The position numbers and the translations under genes are program-made. From Candidatus Coatesbacteria bacterium (GTDB lineage: Bacteria > JAFGND01), in contig JAFGND010000036.1 in the NCBI GenBank assembly GCA_016927185.1, positions 1 through 52,174 on the forward strand: 52,174 nt of DNA, written 5' to 3'. This document shows, one piece after another, positions 37,591-47,382 of the stretch (positions within the stretch are counted from its first letter, which is position 1; the number at the start of each line of letters is the position of its first letter). The notes under the pieces are model-generated. The model was not told where the DNA came from. It made no database searches and worked only from the letters and a program-made list of their open reading frames with translations.

Positions 37591-38097
37591 GTGGCATTAC
37601 CTGTCGATTACAAAAGACTTAACTTGCTTCTCAAAAAGCTCGGATTGCAGCTTGAAAAACTTGCTATAGAAAGAGACTTGCCTGATAAAATCAAGGAACA
37701 GGTGCAAATGGAAAAAAAGGAAAAGCAGTTTGTTTTTCAAGTTGCATTCAGCGTAATATATGAAATTTCAAAACATCTGATAAGAAGGATTTATAATAAG
37801 GAAATTGATGATCCATGGACTGCATTCCAGTTTCTGTCGAATGAGAAGATAATAACCTTTGAATGTGCAAATGGACTTTTAAAACTGGCATCTCTTGACA
37901 GGGATATAAAGCATTATTACTGGATAGAACATTATAACCAGATAGATGAGCTTCTTAAGACATGCTTGAAGCATATGGAATCTTTTTCAAGCCAGATCAT
38001 CAATTTTCTTATGGCAAATCCTCCCGAAACAAAAAACACACAAGCAATCCCCTTGAGTTATGAGAATCTTGATGAAAAAGAGGAAACCATAGACTAG
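37591..38097 (+). CDS. DUF86/HepT-like HEPN protein with degenerate active site
   Basis: FQVA...EISKHLI, AFQFL...KII, KLASLDRDIKHYYW matching DUF86 MAGFRNILVHxY. Confidence 0.7.
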   Translation: MALPVDYKRLNLLLKKLGLQLEKLAIERDLPDKIKEQVQMEKKEKQFVFQVAFSVIYEISKHLIRRIYNKEIDDPWTAFQFLSNEKIITFECANGLLKLASLDRDIKHYYWIEHYNQIDELLKTCLKHMESFSSQIINFLMANPPETKNTQAIPLSYENLDEKEETID

Positions 38098-38714
38098 AGA
38101 GATTTAATCTCATTGTTTAAAAGCATTCTATATTCTTCCCAATTCTCATCCGAGTATTTCGTAAAAAATTCCTTGTATCTTTTCATTATTTCGAAATTGA
38201 AAAGTGGCAGAAAGTCTGGATATCTTTTTTTCAAATCCTCAAATCTTTCCTCAATGCTCAATATCCTGTCGTGAATGACGGTTTTATCAGCAACATTTAC
38301 AATGCAAGATTCATTTGAAAGCTTGAAGTTCACAAAGTGCTGGATAAGATGCATTGAAGCAATTTCTGCTTCCCGGAATCTGTCATATTTTTCTAATATC
38401 TCCCTGCCATAATCAGCATGAGAACGTTCTTTTATACTGCCATTTATTGAAGCGCTCTTTGCTATGTCATGCAGAAGTCCGCCGGAGAAGATGAGTTGAA
38501 GGTCAACATTTCTTTTCTTCTTTCTGTTGAAATTCACTCCAAGATAAATACCAATAAGACTTACACAAAGACTATGTCTCAAGATATGAAAAGGCATGGC
38601 TTCTTTTTCTATGATTGCCAAATCCTCTTCAAATCTATTTATGCATGGCTTGAATCCATTTATGCTGGTGTTTTTCTCAATGAATGCAATAATCTTGTTC
38701 CCTGTTTCGTTCAT
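38094..38714 (-). CDS. HD-domain phosphohydrolase
   Basis: HSLCV, LLHDIAK, HADYG, VADK, ERFEDL..RY. Confidence 0.88.
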   Translation of the reverse strand: MNETGNKIIAFIEKNTSINGFKPCINRFEEDLAIIEKEAMPFHILRHSLCVSLIGIYLGVNFNRKKKRNVDLQLIFSGGLLHDIAKSASINGSIKERSHADYGREILEKYDRFREAEIASMHLIQHFVNFKLSNESCIVNVADKTVIHDRILSIEERFEDLKKRYPDFLPLFNFEIMKRYKEFFTKYSDENWEEYRMLLNNEIKSL

Positions 38715-38720
38715 GTCAAC

Positions 38721-41093
38721 TCAGATTATCATCATAGGGTCTACATTTATTTCTATGTCGGAACGTAACGAGACAGATTTCAGGCATTTCTTGATTATGC
38801 TTTTTGCAATCCTGGCTTCCCTGGTTTTGACAATTATCTGCCATCTGAAGAAATCCTTCTTTTTTGTAACAACTGCTGGAAATGCTCCTTCCAGAACATT
38901 GCTTTCACTATTCAACTCGGCATGAAGAATATCAATAATACTCAGTGCATCTTCCTTTGCAGCATTCTGATCCATTGACAGCAATGTTATAAGGATTAAT
39001 GAAGCAAATGGAGGATACAGGTATTTCTCCCTTAGTTTAAGCTCCATCTCATAGAATGGTTCATATTCCCTGTTTCTTATAAACTCCATAACTGGATGAT
39101 ATGGAGTATATGTCTGGATCACCACCTTCCCCTTTGTATCACCTCTTCCTGATCTCCCTGAAACCTGGGTAAGCATCTGATAAAGCTTTTCAGAAGCACG
39201 GAAATCTGGGAGATTAAGACCTATGTCTGCTCCTATCACTCCGACAACAGCAATCTGAGGGAAATGAAGTCCCTTTGCTATCATTTGCGTACCCACCAGA
39301 ATATCAAGTTCTAATTCACTGAATTTATCAAAAACTTCCTTGAATTGCTTGTGATTTATAATGCTTTCTCTGTCAATCCTTGCTATTCTTGCAGATGGAA
39401 AAATGCTGTTTAATTCTAATTCAAGCTTTTCAGTGCCAGAACCCATTAATTTAAGCTTTTCTGCCTTGCATGAGGGGCACAAAGGAGGAACATCAGTTCT
39501 GTAGAGACAATAATGACAGATAAGATATCCACTTTTCAGGTAGAATGTCAGATTGAAATCACAATGGGGACAGACTAATGGTTCTCCGCATTCCTCGCAG
39601 ATTACATAACTGGCGAAACCTCTTCTGTTGTATAGAAGCAATGCCTGTTTTTTTTCTCTCAGACAGCTTGATAACAAGCTTCTCAATCTTCTCGAAACTA
39701 TATTATAATTCCCTTGAAATCTCTCTTTTTTCATGTCAACTATGCTTATTTCCGGCAAGTCTTTGTCACCAAAGCGTTTTCTCAACTCATATTGCCTGTA
39801 ATATCCCTTCCCTGAGAAGTAGTATGTTTCTATTGATGGAGTTGCACTTGCGAAAACTACAGGGCAATCAGCAAGTTTTGCTCTTTCTATTGCAACTCTT
39901 CTAGCATGGTATCTAGGCTTGTTGTCCTGTTTATACGAAGTTTCATATTCTTCATCCATGATTATCAAGCCGAGATTCTTGAAGGGAAGAAAAAGGGCTG
40001 ATCTTGGACCGATTATAAGTTTAATCCTGTTTTTGTTAACCATTCTTGCTACATTTATTCTAAGATTGTGAGATAGCATACTATGATAAAGCATTATTTC
40101 GTCAGATTTGAAAAATTGCTGAAAAAAAGTCAGGTTTTGAGGAGTGAGGCTTATTTCAGGAACAAGAAGAAGAGCCTGACTTGAAGATTCAATTACTTTC
40201 TTTATCAAATGCAGGTATATAATCGTCTTGCCAGATCCGGTAACACCATACAGGAAATTTTTCTTTATACCTTTACATGAAAATGAATCTGTTATCTGAT
40301 CAATGATTTTCTTCTGTTCAGAGGAAGGCTCGTATTTTTCCCATGGTGCCTTGTCATCCTCTGGAAACGGAAGTAAAATGTCTTTTTCAATGAGAATTTT
40401 TAAGAAATTCCTGTTTGATGATAACTGGCTTTTAATCCAAGAACCTTTGACTGGATAGATATTTTGCAGAAGAGATTCAATTGACTTTCCCTGCTTCTTG
40501 TTGAATTCCTCTTTGTTCAGATTCTTCTTGTGAAGCCAGTAAAAAGCCTCGTCGTCGAAGTGAAAATAATCATCTTCCTTATATCTTATTTTTACGAAGC
40601 CTTCCCTTTCTAGCATTGCTACATCATTGAATTTCATATCCCTGAAAAGCTGTCTTGCAGTATTAAAGGAAAGCTCCTTTTTCCTGCTGGTTTTAAGTCT
40701 TTCAAGCAGGGGATGCAGTATAATATTGTCTTTATCTGTTAATGTTATCATGAAATTATCTGATATCTTCCTGGGTTCAGGAAGTATTGATTTGAATACT
40801 GTTCCAATTGGTGTCAGATAATACTCAGATATCCAGAAACACAGTTTTATCAAGTCTTCAGTCAAAAGCGGAAAAAAAGTGATAAGATCATTAATTGTTT
40901 TTATATTCTTTACATTATCATTCTTCTCTGTCTGTCCTGTTATAACAGCCGGGACAAAAGAATTTCTCCATGGAGCTAATGCAAGATGACCAGTTAGTTC
41001 ATCTGGATTTCCTAATTCCTCTTTTAATTCATATATAAACGGTGAATCAACATCTAAAAGAGGAACTACCTCGACAAAGAAAGAGGTAGACAT
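38721..41093 (-). CDS. priA: Primosomal protein N'
   Basis: GVTGSGKT, VPEISLTPQ, SATPS, four CxxC, GTQMIAKG, QVSGRSGR. Confidence 0.97.
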   Translation of the reverse strand: MSTSFFVEVVPLLDVDSPFIYELKEELGNPDELTGHLALAPWRNSFVPAVITGQTEKNDNVKNIKTINDLITFFPLLTEDLIKLCFWISEYYLTPIGTVFKSILPEPRKISDNFMITLTDKDNIILHPLLERLKTSRKKELSFNTARQLFRDMKFNDVAMLEREGFVKIRYKEDDYFHFDDEAFYWLHKKNLNKEEFNKKQGKSIESLLQNIYPVKGSWIKSQLSSNRNFLKILIEKDILLPFPEDDKAPWEKYEPSSEQKKIIDQITDSFSCKGIKKNFLYGVTGSGKTIIYLHLIKKVIESSSQALLLVPEISLTPQNLTFFQQFFKSDEIMLYHSMLSHNLRINVARMVNKNRIKLIIGPRSALFLPFKNLGLIIMDEEYETSYKQDNKPRYHARRVAIERAKLADCPVVFASATPSIETYYFSGKGYYRQYELRKRFGDKDLPEISIVDMKKERFQGNYNIVSRRLRSLLSSCLREKKQALLLYNRRGFASYVICEECGEPLVCPHCDFNLTFYLKSGYLICHYCLYRTDVPPLCPSCKAEKLKLMGSGTEKLELELNSIFPSARIARIDRESIINHKQFKEVFDKFSELELDILVGTQMIAKGLHFPQIAVVGVIGADIGLNLPDFRASEKLYQMLTQVSGRSGRGDTKGKVVIQTYTPYHPVMEFIRNREYEPFYEMELKLREKYLYPPFASLILITLLSMDQNAAKEDALSIIDILHAELNSESNVLEGAFPAVVTKKKDFFRWQIIVKTREARIAKSIIKKCLKSVSLRSDIEINVDPMMII

Positions 41094-41099
41094 TACTTA

Positions 41100-41804
41100 T
41101 TATAAATCATGCCCCTTAAAATAACTGAAAAGATATATCTTAGCTTTAGCATTCTGCGGATCTTGCAATAATACCATCTGCCACATTTCTCTTGCCTTAT
41201 CAAAATTCTTCTTCTTGTAATATAGCAATCCAAGGTTTATTTTGGCATCAAGGAATTTTTCGTTCAAAAGCAAAGCTTCTTGAAAAGAGCGTTCTGCTTT
41301 ATCCATATCCTCAAGTTGCAGATATATTACCCCTATCTTGTTATGAATGTCAGGATATGATGGACTCAAGGATAACGATTTTTCATATTCATTTAAAGCT
41401 TCCTTGAATAATCCTATCTCTCGGTATGTATCACCTAACTGCAAGTGTGTTCTTACAAGATTTACCCTTACTGCCGTATTTATGCCTTCGTGTTCATCAT
41501 TAACCGATTGAGCCTTCCTGAATGATTCAACTGCTTCATCATGCAAACCAAGTTCATTCTGAGAAATTGCCATATTAAGATAAGCTTCTGTATAATTCGG
41601 GTTTATTTCTATTGCCTTCTTGAAACTCTCATAACCTTCTTCAGTTTCTCCCATCATGCTGTGTATCAATCCCATCTGATTGTGATAGTCTGGGTAGTCT
41701 GGATGTAGTGCCAATGCCTTCTCCATTTCCTCCTTTGCGCGGAGGTATTTGCCGTTTTTATAAAGTTCTATGGCAGCCTTGTAATGCTTGTGGCTTTCTG
41801 ACAT
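41100..41804 (-). CDS. TPR-repeat protein
   Basis: TPRs with PDYPDYHNQMG, PSYPDIHNKIG. Confidence 0.9.
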   Translation of the reverse strand: MSESHKHYKAAIELYKNGKYLRAKEEMEKALALHPDYPDYHNQMGLIHSMMGETEEGYESFKKAIEINPNYTEAYLNMAISQNELGLHDEAVESFRKAQSVNDEHEGINTAVRVNLVRTHLQLGDTYREIGLFKEALNEYEKSLSLSPSYPDIHNKIGVIYLQLEDMDKAERSFQEALLLNEKFLDAKINLGLLYYKKKNFDKAREMWQMVLLQDPQNAKAKIYLFSYFKGHDL

Positions 41805-41808
41805 ATTC

Positions 41809-42423
41809 TCATTTCTCCTTGTTTGCATAAAAGATATATATCAATGTTCCAACTATCCCAGTAACCACTATTGGCTCTAGTATAGAGGAATGGCTTTCTG
41901 GTAGTTTTGGATTGCTGAATTTATAATTCGAGTTCTGGTAGAGCAGTGCCGTATCCAGAGGCAGTTCATCATTTATCTCTGATATAATCTTGCTTGTTGC
42001 TATTATGTTGCCATCAGGATTGGTGAGAGAGAGGAGTAAAGTCAGCTTGGAAACCCGTTTAACTACCTGCTTGCCTATGAAATATTTCCTTTTCTTGCTG
42101 GAATATCCGATATTTATATCTATGATCTTTACTCTCATGGTTATTCCTGAGGCGGCATCCTGGGCATTAGTAATAACTTTTATGGACTGTCCTGATTTTT
42201 GCAGGATTGATTGCAGATAACTTATCACAACATCATTTGCATCATTTGTTCCATCGGCAAGCAATAGTATTGTTTTGCCTTGATATCCGGTGAGAAACTG
42301 GTTAATTGATGAATTCTTGATTTCAATCATCCTGCCTACTATTTCAATATTTGAATCATTAGCATCAGCTATCAAGTAATTAAAAAGAATCAATAATAAC
42401 AGCATTAATATGTTCGTCTTCAT
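41809..42423 (-). CDS. Hypothetical exported protein with C-terminal anchor
   Basis: Signal peptide; LEPIVVTGIVGTLIYIFY tail. Confidence 0.7.
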   Translation of the reverse strand: MKTNILMLLLLILFNYLIADANDSNIEIVGRMIEIKNSSINQFLTGYQGKTILLLADGTNDANDVVISYLQSILQKSGQSIKVITNAQDAASGITMRVKIIDINIGYSSKKRKYFIGKQVVKRVSKLTLLLSLTNPDGNIIATSKIISEINDELPLDTALLYQNSNYKFSNPKLPESHSSILEPIVVTGIVGTLIYIFYANKEK

Positions 42424-42475
42424 TTCCTTCCTTTATCCTATTTTTTTATCGTTCTTAAAATTTCAATAAGCAGTT

Positions 42476-43420
42476 TTAGTGTAAAGCACTTTTTTTGAAA
42501 CTCAATTTTTCACTCCATAACCAGGAATCACCGGGGGTAAATTTGTTGAAATATATCCTGGCTTGCAGAATATCACTCTCTATTTGTTTCTTGAGATCAG
42601 AGAAGGAAGAGAAAGTATCAATTTCTCTGTGAAATTTTAACAGTGATACCCATATTTCCTTATCATAAAGGTTTTCCTTGAAATCAATTATGAAAGCCTC
42701 CAGCAATTTCTGCTCCCTTTTTGCTGTAGGAGCTGCTCCAAGATTTATTAATGCATTCAAGCTCTTGTTTTTATAATGCACTTTTCCGAAATAAACACCA
42801 TCAGGGGGAATCAGCTTGTTTTCAGTTATATTCATATTTGCTGTGGGAAAACCAATTTCCCTGCCCCTGCCGTGACCTTCCTGAATACTACCCAGTATCG
42901 AATAAGGGTATCCGAGTAGTTTGCATGCTATATCAAGACTGGCTTTATTCACCAAATTTCTTATTCTTGAACTGCTGACAATGTGATTATGGAAATCAAG
43001 AGGAGGTATCACATATACGTCAAAACCAAGCATTTCACCAAGTTGCTGGAGGGTAACACTGTTACCTGATCTCTTCTCACCAAAACAGAAATTGTAACCG
43101 ACAACAAGAGCTTCTATGTTTATTTTTGAAAGTAGCATTTTAACAAAGTCAGAAGGTGATTTTGAAGCCAATTCCTTATCGAATGGGATTATCAGTATCT
43201 TGTTTATATCAAGTTTCCTGAATATCCACATTCGCTCGCTGTGCGTTGTCAATCTTTTGTCAGCTTGATTTTTCTTGAGAATATTTGAGGGATATGGTTC
43301 GAATGTTATAAGGGCAGAATGGAGATTTTTCTCACTGGCAGTCTTTTTTACAAAATCAATTATTGATTGATGTCCAAGGTGTATTCCATCAAAAGTACCT
43401 ATAGTTGCTATATATTTCAT
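42476..43420 (-). CDS. ribF: Riboflavin kinase / FAD synthetase
   Basis: GTFDGIHLGH, VSSSRIR, GREIGFPTAN, GVY. Confidence 0.96.
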   Translation of the reverse strand: MKYIATIGTFDGIHLGHQSIIDFVKKTASEKNLHSALITFEPYPSNILKKNQADKRLTTHSERMWIFRKLDINKILIIPFDKELASKSPSDFVKMLLSKINIEALVVGYNFCFGEKRSGNSVTLQQLGEMLGFDVYVIPPLDFHNHIVSSSRIRNLVNKASLDIACKLLGYPYSILGSIQEGHGRGREIGFPTANMNITENKLIPPDGVYFGKVHYKNKSLNALINLGAAPTAKREQKLLEAFIIDFKENLYDKEIWVSLLKFHREIDTFSSFSDLKKQIESDILQARIYFNKFTPGDSWLWSEKLSFKKSALH

Positions 43421-43550
43421 ATAGTATTTTCACATCATTATAATTGTTTTTTCTGCATAAAATCATTGACAATTGAATAAGCAAATAGCTTTAAAGCTCA
43501 CTTTATATCGAAGCATTTAATAAAAACCAGCCAGAAAAGCGCAGGAAGTT

Positions 43551-44600
43551 ATGTCAAGAAGATTAGTCTTTGTTATATTGTTATTTTCGGTCTTTTTAAT
43601 TGTTTCATGCAAGACAAGTCCTGATGGAGGAAGCAGGATAATGCCATCACTGAGGCAAAGCATAGGCGATCACAGGAAGATTGCAGTCCTTCTCTCTACA
43701 TCATTGATGAGTTCATATAAAGATTCACTTTCCGGGGTTTTATCACCAACATATCTTGTCTCACCGCAAATAGAAGAGAGCTTGTTCACATTTAGTTATT
43801 ATGACAGCGAAGTCAGAATCCATAGAAGAAATCCCAATATACTGATGATTGTAGATAAGTCATGTAATTCTGATATAGTGGAATATGCAAGGGAAGCAAC
43901 AGGAAAGATCAGTTCTGGATTCCAGATAAAAGATAATGTTTGGGCAAAAGATCAGAAGGTAGCTTTGATAATTGGTGACGATAAGGAAGATATAAAGAAA
44001 AAGATAGAGCAGTATAAAAACGATATTCATGAGACATTTCTTGTAAGTCTTTATGCAAGAAATCATCATCTTCTTTATCAGCAGATAGTAAGTACCCCTA
44101 CCTACAGCAAGGATTCTGAAAAGAAGCTTTTTGATGAGCTTGGATGGTCTATTCTTTTTCCGAATTCCTATATTCCACACAAGCAGAGTCAGAATCCTTC
44201 AGTCAGGGTTTTTGCAAGAAAGCGGGAACTTGATGAGACCAATTTCTCCAGAATACTCTCTGTATACAAAGAGAAAAGGGAATCATTATGGACTTTTGAC
44301 GAGATAATAGATAGAAGGAATATTCTGGGAGAGAAATTTTATTTGGGAGATAAAATGGTTGAAAAAACAGTGAAGAGGGATACAACTTTCTTCAAGGGCA
44401 AGAAAGCTCTTCGATTGGCTGGTTTATGGGAAAACAAGGAGTTCACCATGGGAGGACCTTTCAGAACCATTGCATTTCTTGATGATAAAACCAGTACAGG
44501 ATTTATTATCGATTATTATGTTTATGCACCAGGAAAGTCAAAAACTGACTTTCTTATAGAACTGGAAACAATAGCAAGGACATTCAGATATGACAGATAG
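43551..44600 (+). CDS. DUF4837-family lipoprotein
   Basis: Lipobox LIVSC; NVWAKDQ, GLWE....MGGPF, VYAPGKSK. Confidence 0.8.
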   Translation: MSRRLVFVILLFSVFLIVSCKTSPDGGSRIMPSLRQSIGDHRKIAVLLSTSLMSSYKDSLSGVLSPTYLVSPQIEESLFTFSYYDSEVRIHRRNPNILMIVDKSCNSDIVEYAREATGKISSGFQIKDNVWAKDQKVALIIGDDKEDIKKKIEQYKNDIHETFLVSLYARNHHLLYQQIVSTPTYSKDSEKKLFDELGWSILFPNSYIPHKQSQNPSVRVFARKRELDETNFSRILSVYKEKRESLWTFDEIIDRRNILGEKFYLGDKMVEKTVKRDTTFFKGKKALRLAGLWENKEFTMGGPFRTIAFLDDKTSTGFIIDYYVYAPGKSKTDFLIELETIARTFRYDR

Positions 44601-45510
44601 GAAATCTAAACATATTATGGATTCATCTCATATTTTCATGAAGAGAATGGAACTTCTAGGAAAAGATACGCAAATTGCTGATATTCCACTGAAATGGCTC
44701 AGTATAGCTAAATTGGCACTGCTGGAAGATGTGGGATATGGTGATCTTACAACCTTGAGTCTTCCGAACAATGAGTGTAAGGGAGATATTATTGCAAAAG
44801 AGCCAGGAGTTATAGCTGGAATGGAGCTTGCAAAATATATACTTGCCTTGAGCTCCAAAGAAATAGAATTCCTGGATTCCGTTAATGATGGTACAGAAGT
44901 GAAAAAGGGAGACAGGATATTATCTTTCCTGGGTGATGCTCATGGAATATTAATGGGAGAAAGAACTGCTCTGAATTTTCTTCAATTGATGTCAGGAACA
45001 GCAACATTGGCTTTCAGGCTAGTCAAGGCATTGAATGATAACAAGATAAGAATTCTGGATACAAGGAAAACAATTCCCCTGATGAGAGAACTTCAGAAAT
45101 ATGCCGTAACTGCCGGGGGGTGCTATAATCACAGAATGGGACTATATGACATGATACTTGTGAAGGAAAATCATATAGAGCTGGCTAAGGGTATAGAAAG
45201 ATGCCTTGATTTGATTTTCAAGAATAATTGTTGCGGAATAGCAGTAGAGGTTGAAGTACGAAACATGAAGGACTTCCTTGCAGCATCAAAATATCCTGTG
45301 CAGGTCATAATGCTGGATAATATGAAATTGCCGGAAATAAGGAATTGCGTAAAAAGCAAACCCGAAAATGCTCAATTCAAGATAGAGATTTCAGGCAATA
45401 TCGGTTTGTCGAATATTCATGAATACAAAGGTTGTGGAGTGGATTTCATTTCCTGCGGAGCACTTACTAACTCAGTAGCAAGACTGGATTTATCTTTACT
45501 TCTGGAATGA
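44590..45510 (+). CDS. nadC: Quinolinate phosphoribosyltransferase
   Basis: ALLED...GDLTT, ERTALN, DTRKT, NHRMGL, KENH, EVEV, MLDN. Confidence 0.96.
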   Translation: MTDRKSKHIMDSSHIFMKRMELLGKDTQIADIPLKWLSIAKLALLEDVGYGDLTTLSLPNNECKGDIIAKEPGVIAGMELAKYILALSSKEIEFLDSVNDGTEVKKGDRILSFLGDAHGILMGERTALNFLQLMSGTATLAFRLVKALNDNKIRILDTRKTIPLMRELQKYAVTAGGCYNHRMGLYDMILVKENHIELAKGIERCLDLIFKNNCCGIAVEVEVRNMKDFLAASKYPVQVIMLDNMKLPEIRNCVKSKPENAQFKIEISGNIGLSNIHEYKGCGVDFISCGALTNSVARLDLSLLLE

Positions 45511-45545
45511 TAGAATCTTTCAAGGACACATTATTGCTCTAACTT

Positions 45546-46364
45546 ATGGAGTTTCATCAGAAACTCACAGAAGTAAAACGCTGGGAGATTTCAAGATATC
45601 TCCTGAATCAAGAAAATCCGAGAAGGGCATGGAAGAAATTCATTGAAACGGAAAGATTTCCAGTGGATTGTGAGGAAATCTCTTTTGAATTGCTTGAAAA
45701 ATTGAAGCAAAATGAAATTAAGGTAATTCCTTTTTATGACAGATCATACCCCTGTGGTTTTAAAAATCTCTCCAATCCACCTTTACTGCTTTTCTTGAAA
45801 GGAAATGCAAGTCTTCTTGGCAGAAAGAAAAAGGTGGCAATAATTGGAGCAAGATCATCAAGCTGTACATTGAGGGAATACGCCAGGCATGTTTCCAGGT
45901 ATCTCTCTTCAAGGAACTTAACCGTAATAAGTGGTTATGCTTTGGGGATTGATGAATCTGCCCATAAAGGTGCACTTGAAGAGAAGGGGAGTACTATTGC
46001 AGTACTAGGAAAAGGTCTTCTCCACAATATGAAGAGAAACTATACAAACCTTTTCAAGGAAATTACCAGAAAAGGGCTTTTAATATCAGAAAAAGCCCCA
46101 TTGAATAATGTAAAACCCCAGGATTTTTTGCTCAGAAACAGACTCATAGCATCTCTGGCAGAGAATTTTATAATAATAAATCCGGCATTCAGAAGCGGTT
46201 CATATTCTCTGCTCTGTATGGCAAAGAAGCTCAACAAGAAGATTATTGTAATTTTTGAGAAGGATGAAAGGATACCGGAATATTTATTGAAAGGTAATTT
46301 CGGAAGGATACCGATTTTCGATAATCTGCTTGAGGCAAAAATGCTATTTGATATGCTTGCCTAG
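45546..46364 (+). CDS. dprA: DNA-processing protein DprA (short; possibly N-terminally interrupted)
   Basis: YP......PPLLLFLKG, AIIGAR, ISGYALGID..AH, RNRLIA. Confidence 0.85.
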   Translation: MEFHQKLTEVKRWEISRYLLNQENPRRAWKKFIETERFPVDCEEISFELLEKLKQNEIKVIPFYDRSYPCGFKNLSNPPLLLFLKGNASLLGRKKKVAIIGARSSSCTLREYARHVSRYLSSRNLTVISGYALGIDESAHKGALEEKGSTIAVLGKGLLHNMKRNYTNLFKEITRKGLLISEKAPLNNVKPQDFLLRNRLIASLAENFIIINPAFRSGSYSLLCMAKKLNKKIIVIFEKDERIPEYLLKGNFGRIPIFDNLLEAKMLFDMLA

Positions 46365-47381
46365 TATTGCCCTGAGCTCGTTTGATCTGTGGTAATCCTC
46401 ATGTTCCTTTCTTGCTACAGGACCATGTTTTCGTCTCACATATCCAGGAAAGCTTGCGAATAATGCCTTATTGCATTGCGAAATACTTATGTTTTCCAGC
46501 AAATTGATACTTACACCGAAACGCAATGCTGAAAGCAGGTTCGTTGCCTCATCGAATGAGATCAGCCTTGAATTTTCGAGAATTCCCAGAGCTCTCCAGA
46601 CATTGTTTTCTGTCTGTATTTCAGCTTCTTTCAGAAAAATCTGTCTTGCTGCTCTTTCCTCATTATAAAGATCTTCCGAAAACTCACAAAAGTTTTTCAA
46701 GAGCTCTTCAATAGAAATTCCCAGACTCTGAACGAATGTTATCTTGTAGATATTCCCGAAAACAACTCCCTGATTAAATAGATTCCCCCAGCGCAATTTC
46801 AGATTACTCCATTTCTGCTTGAAGTCGTTTATTTTCTTTACAAGGCTTATTCCTGGCAAATGAACTATAATCTGAAGTTTTATTCCAAGCCCAACATTGT
46901 CAAGCCTGCTTGTAAGATAGCCAAGATTGGCATCTTTTATCCAGAAGCCCTTGCTGTCAACTATAGCTGTTATCCTTTCCGATTCTTGTGACAGGATTTC
47001 TTTATCCATTCCAGGTATAATAAGCCTTCCATGAAAATGATCATCTTCAAGCAGGACTATACTGAAACTCTGACTTTCATTTATGAAGACCTGGCTGTAA
47101 TTTTCAGAGCTAATACCTATTAACTGACGTTCCTTGAGTACTTCTTCCTCTATTGCCGCAAGTTCGCTTTTGTGCATTGTTATAAGATCGAGTTCAAAAT
47201 CCTTGTTGATTTTATTCACCAGATTAGATGTCACCTGTTCTCTCATTGAGGGGGAGAGCTTTTCGGGGAAAACATATCCTGGAATGTTCCTGTGAATATT
47301 TATGATGGAACACAAGATAATATCCCAATGCGAAGATGGTTTTTCAAGCCATTCAGGTAGCACTTCCATGAAACTATGCAT
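46344..47381 (-). CDS. McsB-like ATP:guanido phosphotransferase homolog, degenerate
   Basis: RNIPGYVFP, LKERQLI, EDDH, LGYLTS, HLPG, RALGILENSRLISFDEA..LLSALRFG. Confidence 0.8.
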   Translation of the reverse strand: MHSFMEVLPEWLEKPSSHWDIILCSIINIHRNIPGYVFPEKLSPSMREQVTSNLVNKINKDFELDLITMHKSELAAIEEEVLKERQLIGISSENYSQVFINESQSFSIVLLEDDHFHGRLIIPGMDKEILSQESERITAIVDSKGFWIKDANLGYLTSRLDNVGLGIKLQIIVHLPGISLVKKINDFKQKWSNLKLRWGNLFNQGVVFGNIYKITFVQSLGISIEELLKNFCEFSEDLYNEERAARQIFLKEAEIQTENNVWRALGILENSRLISFDEATNLLSALRFGVSINLLENISISQCNKALFASFPGYVRRKHGPVARKEHEDYHRSNELRAILGKHIK

Positions 47382-47382
47382 A

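Noticed and set aside
45540..45542. Stop-codon reassignment
   Set aside because: TAA, TAG and TGA all end conserved genes at the expected positions elsewhere; this is an isolated case
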